The notes: a model not told the origin generated them from the sequence alone. DNA of 64,000 nt from Bispira polyomma (GCA_965649765.1 OZ287751.1:7378001-7442000); one strand, 5' to 3'; positions 12,945-26,129 are shown, counted from the first letter of the stretch. Program-made: numbers and translations.

Positions 12945-13715
12945 CTATAAAGAATAATCATTGTCTGGCGTCATTGCCAAATGCCTTTTTAGGTAGATTA
13001 TTTCTCTAATAAAATTAGATGAGATAAAAATAAAAGATCCTATTAACCTTAACGGACCAAGAGAGATAAGAAAAAAAAGTATTTTTGGAACTACAAATTT
13101 TTCTCAAGATAAACGGGAAATTGGTTAAACAGACTACCATTTAAATTGGGTTTAACTCTCGTATGAAGTCTTGTTCAACTGGGAGAAATTCTTTGCTGTT
13201 GTAATTGATTATGCATATAATTAAAACAACTTAATTATATTTGTTTTAGAATATCTTTTGAAAGCTGTAAATCACAATGTCCTTTGATAAAGGCTTTTAG
13301 GAAGCAGAGATATGTACACAGATTGACACAGTATGAGGCCATGTATGGGTACTTCTGATTTACCAGTGTATACAGTGTGTTGGAAAGATACCCAGGGCTT
13401 CAAGACAGTCATACCCTAGATTTTCCCTCAGTGAAAGGTGTACAATTGAGTTCATAAAATTGATTACTCTGATAATAGAATACAGATAACATTGCAGCAT
13501 ACACATATACTTGACTGTTGTGTGTTCCGTCTCTGTGGTTCCACTGTTCAGGAAGTGGTTCTTGTTAACATTATCTTGCTGCTGCTAAAATTTGGCCTCT
13601 TTTTGAAAAACAAGATGGCCGCCGTGAAAAGCTCTTCAATAATTATTATAATCAATGTTGATACTATTGCAACTTGTATCACCAAATTTTAACGATATGT
13701 TAACTGCTATCATAC

Positions 13716-13796
13716 CTTCCTCCTGCTGAACTTTGGCCTCATTCAGAAAGACAAAATGGTTGTCATAGCGGAATTGAATATTTTTACTTTCACATT
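13716..13796 (-). other. Upstream (leader) exon of the nested gene, 81 nt; contains the start of the 59-aa ORF (ATG 13742, MRPKFSRRK)
   Basis: - strand: gttttactcctag| ... AAG|gtatga; canonical splice signals at both ends. Confidence 0.55.
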
Positions 13797-13906
13797 CTAG
13801 GAGTAAAACATATTGCAGCCACCAAATCATTTATCAGCTCTGGTAGATACAACATGCATTGGTTCTTTGATGAGATTGGTCTATTTGGAAGATAAAATGT
13901 AAAAAC

Positions 13907-14284
13907 CAGTCACCATAATGAAATGTATAAACTAGTCACTATAATAAAATGTATAAACTAATCACTATAATGAAATGTGTATACCAGTCACTATAATGAA
14001 ATGTATATACCAGTCACTATAATAAAATGTATATACCAGTCACTATAATGAAATGTATAAAATAGTCATTATAATGAAATGTATAAACTAGTCACTATAA
14101 TGAAATGTGTATACCAGTCAATATAATAAAATGTATAAACTAGTCACTATAATGAAATGTATATACCAGTCACTATAATGAAATGTATAAAATAGTCACT
14201 ATAATGAAATGTATTAATAGTCACTAGAATAAAATGTATATACTAGTCACTATAATAAAATGTATATACTAGGCACTATAATAA
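13907..14284. repeat. 26-bp minisatellite, ~14 copies
   Basis: Repeated tagtcactataatgaaatgtataaac. Confidence 0.95.
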
Positions 14285-15283
14285 ACAAATATCTGGCTAT
14301 CTATCTAGTATTCACAGTCATACTAAGACAACTATTCTTAAATTCTTGTTTGTCTCAAATTGAATAAAAATTATCTGCTACAAAGTATGTTGTGATGACA
14401 ATTAAAGAGTGCAATCTAATTTTCTATTTCCCCAGGTCTGGTATTCACAAAGAGTCTTATTCTTAACTCTTTGTATCAACCATTTTGATTAGCTGAAAAT
14501 GTTGGTTCAAGAATCTGAGTGACTGACTTTATCAAAATTCAAAGAATGTTTGTGAATATGACCCTATATCAGCTTCAGAGTTTTCAGCGGGCATTTGACT
14601 TGTGGCTTTGCATTACCACAGGTTTAATCTGATCTGGATTTCTGAACATAAGTTTTGACAAATTTAATTGAAGATATTGGTTAGTACTCTGACAAATCAG
14701 TGTAAATAACTTTACACAGAAAGTGTCCCAGTATTAATATTTGCAGTATCTGAATTGTATATATTTGAATCAAGTAGTTCCTTTAACTTAGGAACAAAAT
14801 TATAATCTTTGATTGATTGATTGTGCTTTGACAAAGTAACTTTCATATCTGTTTGCTAGATGGTGATTAAGTAGGTTATACATGGGCTAAAGAAATAAAT
14901 GGGAACCACTTATTTGAGAAGGCTGCAAATGGTCAACCCATCCCTCCCAGGCTAATGACACACTTGGGTATAGAGTTGTATTAAAAACAATTTCCCCAAA
15001 AACTATTTGTCATCAGCATAAAGGTGGCATTTTATGGGTTGAATAGCTTAGGAAGCAATTGCAAGTTAGGGCAGTAGAAGAAGGGCCTTGTGGGAAATCC
15101 CCAGGGATACTATCCCATGGTCACTTGTGATATTGGGCTGTAGTTCCAAATTTGATAGATTGCTGCAATCTTTCAACAACAAAAAAGCTATGGACAAATC
15201 CTACTCATTTATTTATACAATGTGACAAAAACTCTGCTGCTGTATTTATGTAGATATTTGGTATCTGCAGGAGAATATTTAAC

Positions 15284-16021
15284 TAGGAGATTATGTTTTT
15301 GACTCTTGTCAGTTGCTTGGTTTGTTTTACACCAAAAATGCAGAAGAAACTTATGCCATGGTCACACTGGCCATACGTTTCAATCACGCACATGTCTAAG
15401 AATAGAACATGTAAGCATTTGCGTAGTGTACTTAAGTAAACTTAAGCATGTGTGAGTAAGATGGTCCCTTAATGTCAAAATTTTGTGCTGCTCGGAATTT
15501 AAGTTCATTTCAGCCATTTTAGCGAAATGGTTGGTGTGTATGACATATTTTTAATACGAATATGACTAAAAGGACGGCAGTAAAACATACTATACATTCA
15601 AATAATATTTTTAACGAAGAGAACGAGATCAAACCGTGTTTAGAAACGTAAATTTTGTATTTTAAAATGTGGCTAATGATACAAGCTTAATTGAAACGGC
15701 TATTAAAACGTGTTAAATGTGTGTACAAACGTGTACAGAACGTACACAAACACAGCCCATACATTGATTTTTTGCTACGTTTTCTCGAATTTTCACTTTG
15801 TTTATTTTTGTTTGCTTACGTTTAAAATGCGAAAGTAAACACAAACGTACTCAGTGTGACCACGGCTTTACATCAAATATGGTGGAGGGATGTCGCATGG
15901 ACCAAAGAAAAATCTATTAAATTTTGGAGAGTATCCAGATACAAGGATGGATCTAGAATTGTTTTCCCCCAACTTTGGTGGTGTCTTGGCAGAGGCATGC
16001 TCTCTACTGAATGTTCTAGTT
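15284..16021 (+). mobile_element. Short HINE-like element interrupted by a PIF/Harbinger-like MITE (15354-15867)
   Basis: Outer element ends ...cttggcagaggcatgctctctactgaatgttctagt, with relatives at ~40333-40440, 41900-42152, 47365-47575(-) and 62275-62400(-). The inner element has TIRs tgccatggtcacactg/cagtgtgaccacggct and a TTA TSD. Confidence 0.72.
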
Positions 16022-17280
16022 ACTTCCTTGTTTCTTCCCAGTTTCAGGGCAGCAAGATACGTCAATTTTATAAACGTGTGTCTTAGGCATTAAATAGGTA
16101 ATTTGGTTGTATTTACATCGCCACCATTAATGGGTGATATGGGATGCTTTTATGCTTCAATCAGTTCTGTGTTAATGTATTCTAGAAAAAAACAAAACAC
16201 ACACAGTGTTGATATATTGTATTCCGATCTTATTTTGTACTTTGGCCTCTTTATTCTGACGATAAACTACATATTCCCAAGCTTTGGATCACTGGAACTA
16301 GTTAGGGTTGATCGAATGAAACATTAACAGATGTAAGTTCAACTTTCACTCTATCTTTGCAACCTCTTCCATCATCCCAACTCAAATATCACAATATAGA
16401 TGTATGTTATACTGGCCATGACCTCAGCATAATCCCTAACCATGAGAATGTAATGCCTGTAGGCTAAAACCTGTGGACAAGACAAACATCAGAAATCAGT
16501 TGACATATAGCAGCATCCATGTTGTCAACTGATATTATGTTTAAACATTTTATAAAAAGAAAAAAATTGGTATTAAAACTACTCAGAAAATATATGTTCC
16601 AATGTAGTTCAAAATATTCTACTGAATTAAGTAATGTAAGAAGTGAGTTTATGTTATGACTTGTACATTACCTATACAATAGAACCTCAATTATCCATTA
16701 TTAATTTTAAAAACTCCATGTCATCCTTTTAAATTTATATTTTGCTATTGTTTTGAACTCAAGCACCTCTTTCATTTTATGACCCTTCTATTGTCTGAAC
16801 TAATTCTTGCTCTCCCAACATGTTCGGATAATAGAGGTTCTACTTTACTAGGCCCTTAACATACCATGATGTCACAGTGTGTGCTCATTGCTATGCAATA
16901 CAGAATTTGTTATTCCCATAGCTGAAATATAATGACACCAAAAAGATGTATAAGTAAATGGACAAAATCCTTGATTTAGTGGGCCAATTTTTACAACTTG
17001 AGGCCAAATCATAAGCTTGTTAATTTATTGGAGAATATAGTAATGATCTTCTGTCCCGTTGGTGGTTTACATTTCACTGTGATCTCCTCTCCAGGGTAAT
17101 TTGGCACCCATTTTGGGGTTAGTGGTGGGGGGGGGGGGAGTCCCTTAGAAGTGAAGTAAACTGCTGCTGGCAGGACCTGTATGGTGCTTTCTGAAATACA
17201 GTAGAGTCTCAACTATCTGAGCATGTTGGGAGAGACAGGTTCTCTCCAGATAACAGAAGGTTCATAATATATTTTGTTCT

Positions 17281-17964
17281 GGGCCCGTATTCACTAAAGT
17301 TCTTATATTTAGAATCATTCTTATACTTAGAATAAGAATAATTCTTATACTTAGAAAATTTTCTATTCTAAGAATTTTGTTATTTTTATTTTTAGAATAA
17401 GAATTTTCTTAACTAAGAATTGTAAAAAGCAATACATAAGAATGCCAAGGGCCTTATTCACTAAAGTTCTTATACTTAAAATCAGAATTTTTGGTGTTAA
17501 CTAAAGTTCTTATACTTAGAATAATTCTTATATTTAGAATTATTCTTAGAAAAATTCTTATACTTAAAATTTTTGCTTATTTCTAAGAATGAGCTTTGAT
17601 TCTAAGAATGGTCAAGACCTTACTCAAGTTAAGGAAAAGACATGGCATTGTTTTGTGCAACTCTTAGCTAAGAAAATTCTTATTCTAAGTATAAGAATAA
17701 AAAATTCTTAGAATAGAAAATTTTCTAAGTATAACAATGATTCTTATTCTAAGTATAAGAGTGATTCTTATTCTAAGTATAACAACTTTAGTGCATACGG
17801 CCCTATGTCTTTTTCCTAACTTAAGTCAGGTCTCGACCATTCTTAGAATTAAAACTCATTCTTAGAAAATTTTCTAAGAATAAGCAAATATTTTAAGTAT
17901 AAGAACTTTAGTGAATACCAAAAATTCTTATTCTAAGTATAAGAACTTTAGTGAATACAGGCCC
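17281..17964. mobile_element. Composite palindromic MITE (GGCCCGTATTCAC TIR family) inserted in a Tc1/mariner-like MITE
   Basis: gggcccgtattcactaaagttctta ... taagaactttagtgaatacaggccc; built from ttcttatacttagaa repeats, with internal extra TIR copies. Family members at ~14435, 22903, 28755, 44674, 45621, 49172 and 57473. Confidence 0.8.
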
Positions 17965-18067
17965 AGATTATAGAAGGTTCATAGAATAAAAAGAAACAGA
18001 TGTGTATAAAACATCGGGACAACCTAAATATTTGGACAGTGGAAATGGGTGTTTCATAAATGTGAAT

Positions 18068-18552
18068 ATTCAGATAACAGAAGTTTAGATAACAGAGGTT
18101 CAGATAATGGATGTTTAGATAACAGAGGTTCACTTAACAGAGGTTCAGATAACAGAAGTTTAGATAACAGAAATTTAGATAATAGATGTTTAGATAACAG
18201 AGGTTCAGATAATAGAGGTTTAGATAATAGAGGTTTAGATAACAGAGGTTCATATAATAGAGGTTCAGATAATAGAGGTTTAGATAATAGAGGTTCAGAT
18301 AATAGAGGTTCAGATAATAGAGGTTTGGATAACAGAAGTTCAGATAACAGAAGTTTAGATAATAGAGGTTCAGATAATAGAGGTTCAGATAATGGAGGTT
18401 CAGATAATAGACGTTTGAATAACAGAAGTTTTGATAATAGAGGTTCAGATAATAGAGGTTCAGATAATGGAGGTTCAGATAATAGACGTTTGGATAACAG
18501 AAGTTCAGATAATAGACGTTTGGTAACAGAAGTTCAGATAATAGAGGTTTAA
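18068..18552. repeat. 15-bp minisatellite, ~32 copies, derived from a MITE terminus
   Basis: Repeated gataatagaggttca/gataacagaagttta, the same motif as the MITE end ggataatagaggttctactg. Confidence 0.93.
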
Positions 18553-20071
18553 ATAAGTTTAGATGAGTTTGTCCTGTAGTTGATCATTAGATGTGAACAG
18601 AATTATGGGAAAACACAGGTGTATGATTAAACTTTATTGTAATTAATAATTATTGAAATTTGCCATCTGTAAAACGTAGAGGGTACTTCTGTTACAACTT
18701 AAAATATTAAATAATCTGGTGTCCATTCTGTTGTGTGATCAAGAATAATATCACATTTGCTGTAAGCCCTCCGGATGGTGCAAGTATTATTATAAAACCG
18801 ACCTAAAATAGCTTGGGTTGATTCCAAAGTTGATGATTTTTTGGTTTTACTGCTTATCAGTAGCAAAACAGAACCATAATTTGAAATGACTGGAAATAAT
18901 AAGCTGATCTCTGTCTCACAGAAATTTCAAGTATCCTGTGCTTTTTTTGTGTTTTAAAAAAATGTGCACATAAAAGACAGTTTCATACTGATTTATGCTG
19001 TTTTTATAGAAATTAATTTTACATTAAATCAATTGCACAAAACAATTATGAGCACTTTGTGACATTTCAGAAAAAAAAGAGTTTATCAATAAATTCAAAT
19101 GGAATACAATTTGCAACTGAAGATATGATTTAATGAGACATTTAATTTTGTGAATTTTTCTTCTGAAGCCATGATTTTATAAGATATTACATTTTTGGGT
19201 GTTTTTATTTCGTATTTCAGTCTTACTCCATGTATAGTGAAGCCTACAATCTAGAAGACGATGTCTTTGCCCTCTATTTGATTAGTATGAGTCGTTTTTG
19301 GAGTGATATCCCACCATTTGTCCCTGTCTCTCCCTCTCCTCCTCTTACCAGCGTTTAATCTCAAAATTGAATTGGAATGTGCATCCAGTTGGGAATTTTG
19401 TAGCCCTCTTTTTTGTGGTATGGATAATTGTGGGTAAAAATTGTCCCAGAATATCTTGTTGTTAAGAGCACCTTAAAGTTTAAACAGATTTAAAGGTAAT
19501 AGTAACTGCACAAAAAAGAATGTCTATAGTTTACTGCTTAAAAAAATAGAAAATTAGTATAAAATAGAAATTATTTGTAGAATTTGAAACATTTTGTAAA
19601 TGTACAATTTTTGTAAAAACATTTATGTACAGTAACTTTTTTTAAATGGTTGGCATAACTTTTGAAATTGCACGAGATAACTGCACAGCTAACACAAGAT
19701 TCTTGTTTTCCCCAGTTTTCGATACTAAAAATCTACTTGGGAACCACCTAAGCTTTGGTTTAAAGAAGGTTGATTTACATTGTAACCCCAAACAATTAGA
19801 TTTAAGCTTCACAATATGCAGACTTCTGTTACCAAAAACGTGAAATGCAGTCTATGGCATGAGCAGTTTTTCTTTTTAACTTGGAGAATTTGTAAATATC
19901 CTGATCACAAGTCTTTGGTTTTCTCAAGCATGAGTGAGAGAGGTTGGATAATAATGGATCCATACGATAAAGATGCTGCACTTTATAAAGTCTTCTTGAG
20001 ATTAGATTTGGTTAAATGTTGCTTTGAACACATTTTATGGTAAGAAAACTCACTTGAAGTTCTTACCTCTG

Positions 20072-20506
20072 TAAGTGAGCGTTTCCATGCGGGCAATTTT
20101 CTGAGGCGACCGGCCGACAGCAATTCTATCACTTTCATTTATTTATAAGCAATTGTTCTCATGTGAGCAACGCCGACAGGCGGCAGATAATGCTAGGCGA
20201 TTTTTTTTGGTACCAGGGGCAAAAAAACTGCCTAGCATCGCCTGTCACGTAAATGCCGGTTATTAATAACTCAGGAATTAGAGAAGATAAAAATTTTGTG
20301 AAAATATGGTGAGAAAGCTTATTTTATTGGGTTTAATCTGCTTTTTGTTGCGTCAAAAACGGTTGAGAAATGGCTAAAATTTTTCAAGATTAAATATAAG
20401 TATCCCTTTTTGTTAAATAATTCTATGGACACATAAAAATTGCCGATTGCCCGTCGAACGTCAGCTGATCTCCGTCGCCAATTGCCAACATGAAAACACA
20501 CACTTA
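20072..20506. mobile_element. PIF/Harbinger-like MITE (second copy at 21688-22090)
   Basis: TIRs taagtgagcgtttccatg...catgaaaacacacactta, with a related copy 1.6 kb downstream; TAA/TTA ends. Confidence 0.75.
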
Positions 20507-21687
20507 TTGTGGGTTTGAAGCTCAACCCTGGGATATATTTGGAAAAGATGGCAGTTGACTTGCTGAATATCGATGGTTAAAACCCCAAACTTACAATTGT
20601 AACCCTAACCACTAGAAGTCATTTCACCCCTATAGTTTTGACTGATGTATAGCTTTTACAATTGGCATTCTATGAGCACCCAACCAAATGAAAAAAAAAA
20701 TGTCACCCTGCTGGTAACATTGAAGGATAGTATTTCTAGGGAACTTGGCAATGTAAGAGATATTAGATAAATGGAGGCTTTCACAGCTGATTACTATCAA
20801 ATAGTTGTACAAAAGGGTATGTTGTTTGAATGGAAAAATTTTGAATCATTGATTAAACCCTATATGGTGTTCTACGTTGGTACAAATTCTAGTCCATTCA
20901 ATTATTTTGCAAAACCATGTACATGTAATTCATAGGAATTTTTTATAAGGCAAATATCAGTTTGTATTGATAGCCTGAGCAACCAAAAGTTAGGGGACAT
21001 TTTGTCGGTCATACAGGTTGTCTGATAAGTTGTGTGCAATTTGTGATCTATTTTTAACTATGCCCACATCATATTTAAACAACATTCTTGCACCTATGTT
21101 TTATGGCTGGGGAAAAGATGTAATTAACAATTCATATGGTGTGGTGCTACATCTGTTTAAAACTTTTTGCAAAATTTAAAATTATGCTTTAATAACTTGT
21201 GAAAATATTATGCAGTGTAACCCTGTTAATTGGAATCCGAAGGGACTATAAACATTGTTCTACTTAACCGAAATTCGACTCAACCGGCTAAATTTTAATT
21301 AGAAATATAGCAATGGGACATTACAATAACTTCTAATTAACAGGTAATTCCACTTATCAGAGTTTTATTTAAAAGTGTTTGACTGTACCTTGAAAAAAGT
21401 TACATAACCTTTTAAAAATATCTTTGGTGAAATTGACATAACTTTGGGTAAAAACTGTAAAGTGCAAGTAATATCATGGGTTGATAGGCTGGTTAGAAAA
21501 AAAGGGGAGATAAGGAGACCCTTATATATTAAATACAATTTAGGTGTCGTGCTAAAACCTTTATAGTTGGTTGTTGCTACTATATTTTCATTAAGTGATG
21601 CAAAATTGTGCTTAGAAAAGTGATTTATATCCTGGAATTGTCCTTAGTTATAAGTGTTCTTACCATGCCTGTGAGATCCATGCAATA

Positions 21688-22090
21688 TAAGTGAGTGTTT
21701 CTATGCAGGCAACTTTCTAGGATCAGGCGACGGCCGACGGCGATTCTATCAGTTTCATTGATTTATAACCAAGTGTTTTCATGTGCGCAACGTTGATAGA
21801 AGACGGGCAATGCCAGATGATTTTTTTCGCTCATAGTACTGAACAAATCGCCTAGCATTGCTGGTCGCCTTGTAAACATTGCCGATTTTTCTAAAATAAC
21901 TTTTGTGAAAATATGTAATTGAGTTTATGCTGCTTTTTGTTGCATCAAATTTGTTTGAGAAATAATTAAAATATTTAACTTTAAACACAGGTATCCAGTT
22001 TTCTTAATATTACATAGAAAGATAAAAAATTGCCGTCAGCCGTCGCCTGATTGCCCATCGGCAATTGCCGACATGGAAACATACACTTAA
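21688..22090. mobile_element. PIF/Harbinger-like MITE, relative of 20072-20506
   Basis: TIRs taagtgagtgtttctatgc...catggaaacatacacttaa; shared internal motifs ggcgacggccgac and aattgccg. Confidence 0.75.
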
Positions 22091-23084
22091 GCTTTTCTAC
22101 ACTTATTTACCTTGTGTAAATATATACGCAGGATGCAAGATTGGACTGTTTCCAGAAAGTACATGGAATGTCACAAGCTGATAACAATATATGTAAAGTT
22201 TTTGTGATATGAAGGGAATATGGGCCATATATTTCTACAGTAGATTCAATAGTGTACTACATGTATATCTGTTCTGACCTGTTCCGGAAATAGTAGAACG
22301 ATTCTTCCAAATACAGTAGAACCTTGCATTATCTGAACTTGTTGGGCGAGCAAGATTTTGTTCAGATAACTGAATGTTGATGAAATCAGATAATTGAATG
22401 TTGATTAAATAGAAGAGACTTTTTAGTGTTGAACAGTAGGGAACCTCTATATTGGGATAGCAAAAATGTGCTTATAAAACCAAATAATTCGGATAAATAG
22501 AAGTTTGGACAATGGACCGGATCTGTTTTACTTACTGTTGTGATATCTCAATTATTTTGTCCATTAAATGAGTTCCTTTCAGTAATCTCTCTATGGGTCA
22601 TCATAATTACCATGGTGTCTAACGTCTTCTCTAGCATTAGGTTGATATGTTGGTGGCCCTTTCTTGTTGAAGCTGTTTAACATTCAGCACCAACCAGTGA
22701 CTCCCCCCCCCCCCCCCCCTACCCCCGTCCAGGGTAGTAGCTTTAGGTCAGTCCTATTATAGCCCTTGGCATCCATTCTAATTAGACGCGTAGTGTTGAT
22801 GTCTGGCCTGTTTTATAAGTCAGTGATTGTGGATGGAGAAAGTAATGAGTGAATCAGGAAGTGATCATCTCATCAAATATCATGGGTGGTCACAAAATAG
22901 TGTCCCAAGTACTCACAAAGATTCTTATTCTTAAATATTTGTATTAACCATTTTGATTGGCGGAAAATATCATTTCAAAGAATCTGATTGGCTGAGACAA
23001 AGAAAAATGGTAAGAATGGCATTCTAAGAATGTTGACGAATGTGACCACTTACCGTTTTTCTTTGTTGTTTATGTATATTAATT

Positions 23085-23256
23085 ACCCTAAACTCCCTCG
23101 TAATAGCCCATGCTCTCATAAAAGCCCAACCCTAGTTTTATATAAATATTTTTAAAATTTAAAATAAAAAAAACCACATTCTCTTTAGAGCCCATCCCCT
23201 ACATTTCCTAAAGTTCAAGTTAAAAGCCCATGGGCTATTACGAGGGAGTTTAGGGT
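23085..23256. mobile_element. Short MITE with ~27-bp perfect TIRs
   Basis: taccctaaactccctcgtaatagcccatg ... catgggctattacgagggagtttagggta. Confidence 0.8.
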
Positions 23257-23899
23257 ATTATGTTCCAAAACTAATTTAATTTTGAAATCGATATGTTTGT
23301 TGTGGTAACTTTTGAAAAACGAATTCACACAATCAGTAGTAACTTAAGAGAACACCTAAAAACTAGCTATACATAATGAGGGCACTATCATGACCCAGAT
23401 ATTATTATGATCACCCAGTGTGCGATACTTCTCACATTTCAGTTATTTCAGGGCATGACTGTATCATAATCCAGCAAAAATTACAGGAATATTTATAGTA
23501 CACAGGGGGGTTGTGGACATGTATTGAACACTGTAGTTGTCTGTATTGAATTAGTTAGAAGGCGGCATCAATGGAACTTCTGTCATTCTTGGGCTAAAAG
23601 CTTTAAGAAAAAGAATCTATGTACGCTACATATAATATTGTAGAGCAATGGTACAGTGGTACAACCCCCCTTTCAATGTAGAACCCAGTTGAGACAATTC
23701 TCCTGCCTATCTGGGGAAAATATCTTTAATCCCACAAAGGCCTTTTCTTTTTTCCAATCTTCCCTACTGAGTGGGAATCCTGCTTAAGTGGAGATATTTC
23801 TTTTGGTCCCTTGAGATTTGACCTTAAGGAGTTTAGCTGTATATGGCGTTACCATGCACACTAAATAGTTCACACTTGGCAGTAGGGGTATTTGATTTT

Positions 23900-25925
23900 G
23901 TAATTAAGCATCCCTTGAAAAGGGCGCTTATTTGGTTTCACCCCTGGTTTCCTCCCTGCCGCCGCCGCATGGTCTTCCTTGAATATCTCCTTCAATATTA
24001 TCTGCATCAAAATTATTTTTGGCAGTTCTCTTAACCAGGAGTGGGAAATTTTTTTCATATTCTTGGCTTTGAACTTTGGCCTACTTAAATGTCAGGTGAC
24101 CCTGGGGGTGTAAAAGTGCTTGTCACTAGGTTTTCTCAGAAAGTATTCATCATAGCTCAATGAAATTTGGTATGTACCTTGGTAAGGCAATTTTCAGGAC
24201 GGGAGACACTGATGAGATTAATCGGATGATAATTGACCGATTGCCAACCGATTGATTTTTATTGAAATGCGAAAAATCGGTACTTTTTTGCTATCTCAGA
24301 AACTATTGGGATTTCGGCTTTTTCTTGGTATAAGTTATTCATTTACTTTTTGATTTTATGTATGATGTAAAAATCTCACAGTTCTAAGTCCAGTACTCAA
24401 TGAGTATTGAGTACTTCAAATGAGTAGTTTGCTCTATTTTGCTCTATCTTGCACTTTTATCAACTTTTCTTTTGAAGTACTTGTCATAGTTCAATGAAAT
24501 TTCGCATGCACATTGCAAATACCAAAGCATAGATGTCCGTAAATTTTTAGATCAATCTGGTTATAATTGACTGATTGACAGGGTCGATCAATCATACAAA
24601 ATGGGGAAAAAAATGTGTTGATAGGTGCTTTTTTGAGCGTGTGAGGATTTTTTTTATTTTTAATTTTAGACCAGTAGATGCAGCGCGTAACTTTTAAAGA
24701 ATAGCCTGAATTTTTATTTATTTTTTACCCCATCCAAAAATATGCGATCGTTACTGAGATAAAACGATTTCAATTTCAAAAATTTTAAAAATTAAGGTTT
24801 TTTTCTAAAGCGTCCATTATCTCGGAAACGGTGCTAGATAGAGCGATTTCGAGCTCATTTTCGATCTACAGGGTTGATTTTGCTCATATGTAAACTTTCC
24901 AAAAATTTTCAATTTTGGCGGCCATCTTGAATTTCTGCGCCTTTTTCGAAAATGTCTGTTATCTCGGAAACGGTGCTAGATAGAGCGATTTTGAGCTTGT
25001 TTTCGACCCACAGGGTTGATTTTGCTTATATGCAAACTTTCAAAAAAAATTTTAATTTTGGCAGCCATCTTGAATTTCTGCGTCTTTTTCGAAAATGTTC
25101 AACATCTCGGAAACGGTGCTAGATAGAGCGATTTCGAGCTCATTTTTGAACCCAGGGTTGATTTTCCTTTTTCGAAAATATCCGTTATCTCTGAAACGGT
25201 GCTAGATAGAGCGATTTCAAGCTCATTTTCGACCCACAGGGTTGATTTTGCTTATATGTAAACTTTCAAAAAATTTTCAATTTTGGCGGCCATCTTGAAT
25301 TTCTGCGTCTTTTTCGAAAATGTCTGTTATCTCGGAAACGGTGCTAGATAGAGCGATTTCGAGCTTATTTTCGATCCACAGGGTTGATTTTCCTTATATG
25401 TAAACTTTAAAAGAATGTTCAATTTGGGCGGCCATCATGAATTTCTGCATCTTTTTCGAAAATGTCCAATATCTCGGAAACGGTGCTAGATAGAGCGATT
25501 TCGAGCTTATTTTCGACCCTCAGGGTTGTTTTTGCTTATATTTATACTTTTAAAAAAAGTTCGATTTTGGTGGCCATCTTGAATTTCTGCGTCTTTTTCG
25601 AAAATGTCCTTTATCTCGGAAACGGTGCTAGATAGAGCGATTTCGAGCTCATTTTCAATCCACAGGGTTGATTTTGCTTTTGTAAACTTTTGAAGTAATT
25701 TTTGATTTGGGCAACCATCTTCAATTTCTGCGTCTTTTTCGAAAATGTCTGTTATCTCGGAAATGGTGCTATATAGAGCAATTTCGAGCTTATATCTGAC
25801 CAAAAGTGCTGATTCTGCTTATATGTCAACTTTTAAACAATATCAAACCTTGTACACTTAACAATTTCATTATTATTTTAACTTTAGGGACGCTTCGTTT
25901 TTGTTATCAAAAACCGTTTTCTAGT
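23900..25925 (+). mobile_element. Helentron-associated non-autonomous element (HINE/DINE-like) with internal ~142-bp tandem array, copy 1
   Basis: 5' aagcatccct..aaagggcgctt hairpin/sub-terminal IR, (gcc)n microsatellite, ~7 units of 142 bp (one deleted to 83 bp), 3' agggacgctt IR and ctagtt end. Confidence 0.8.
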
Positions 25926-26129
25926 TAGTGGTTGGACTCAAGAGATGAAAGTTCAAACTCTGAGGTACAATGATGATCTAGAAATCACGAATCAAAGTGG
26001 GTAAAGTGCTGATAATGAATAATACAGATGCAGTGTTTTCCTTTAATTAACCATGATGTTGTATGAGGTAACTACATGTACATGTATATAACACAATGAG
26101 TTGCAGTAATTTGGTCACCATAGGCTTAA

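Noticed and set aside
13743-13745. In-frame TGA as selenocysteine or readthrough extending the 59-aa ORF
   Set aside because: No SECIS element or readthrough context could be identified by eye; kept only as a stop-start uORF observation.
18049-18552. 167-aa DNRGS-repeat ORF
   Set aside because: Translation of the 15-bp MITE-derived minisatellite.
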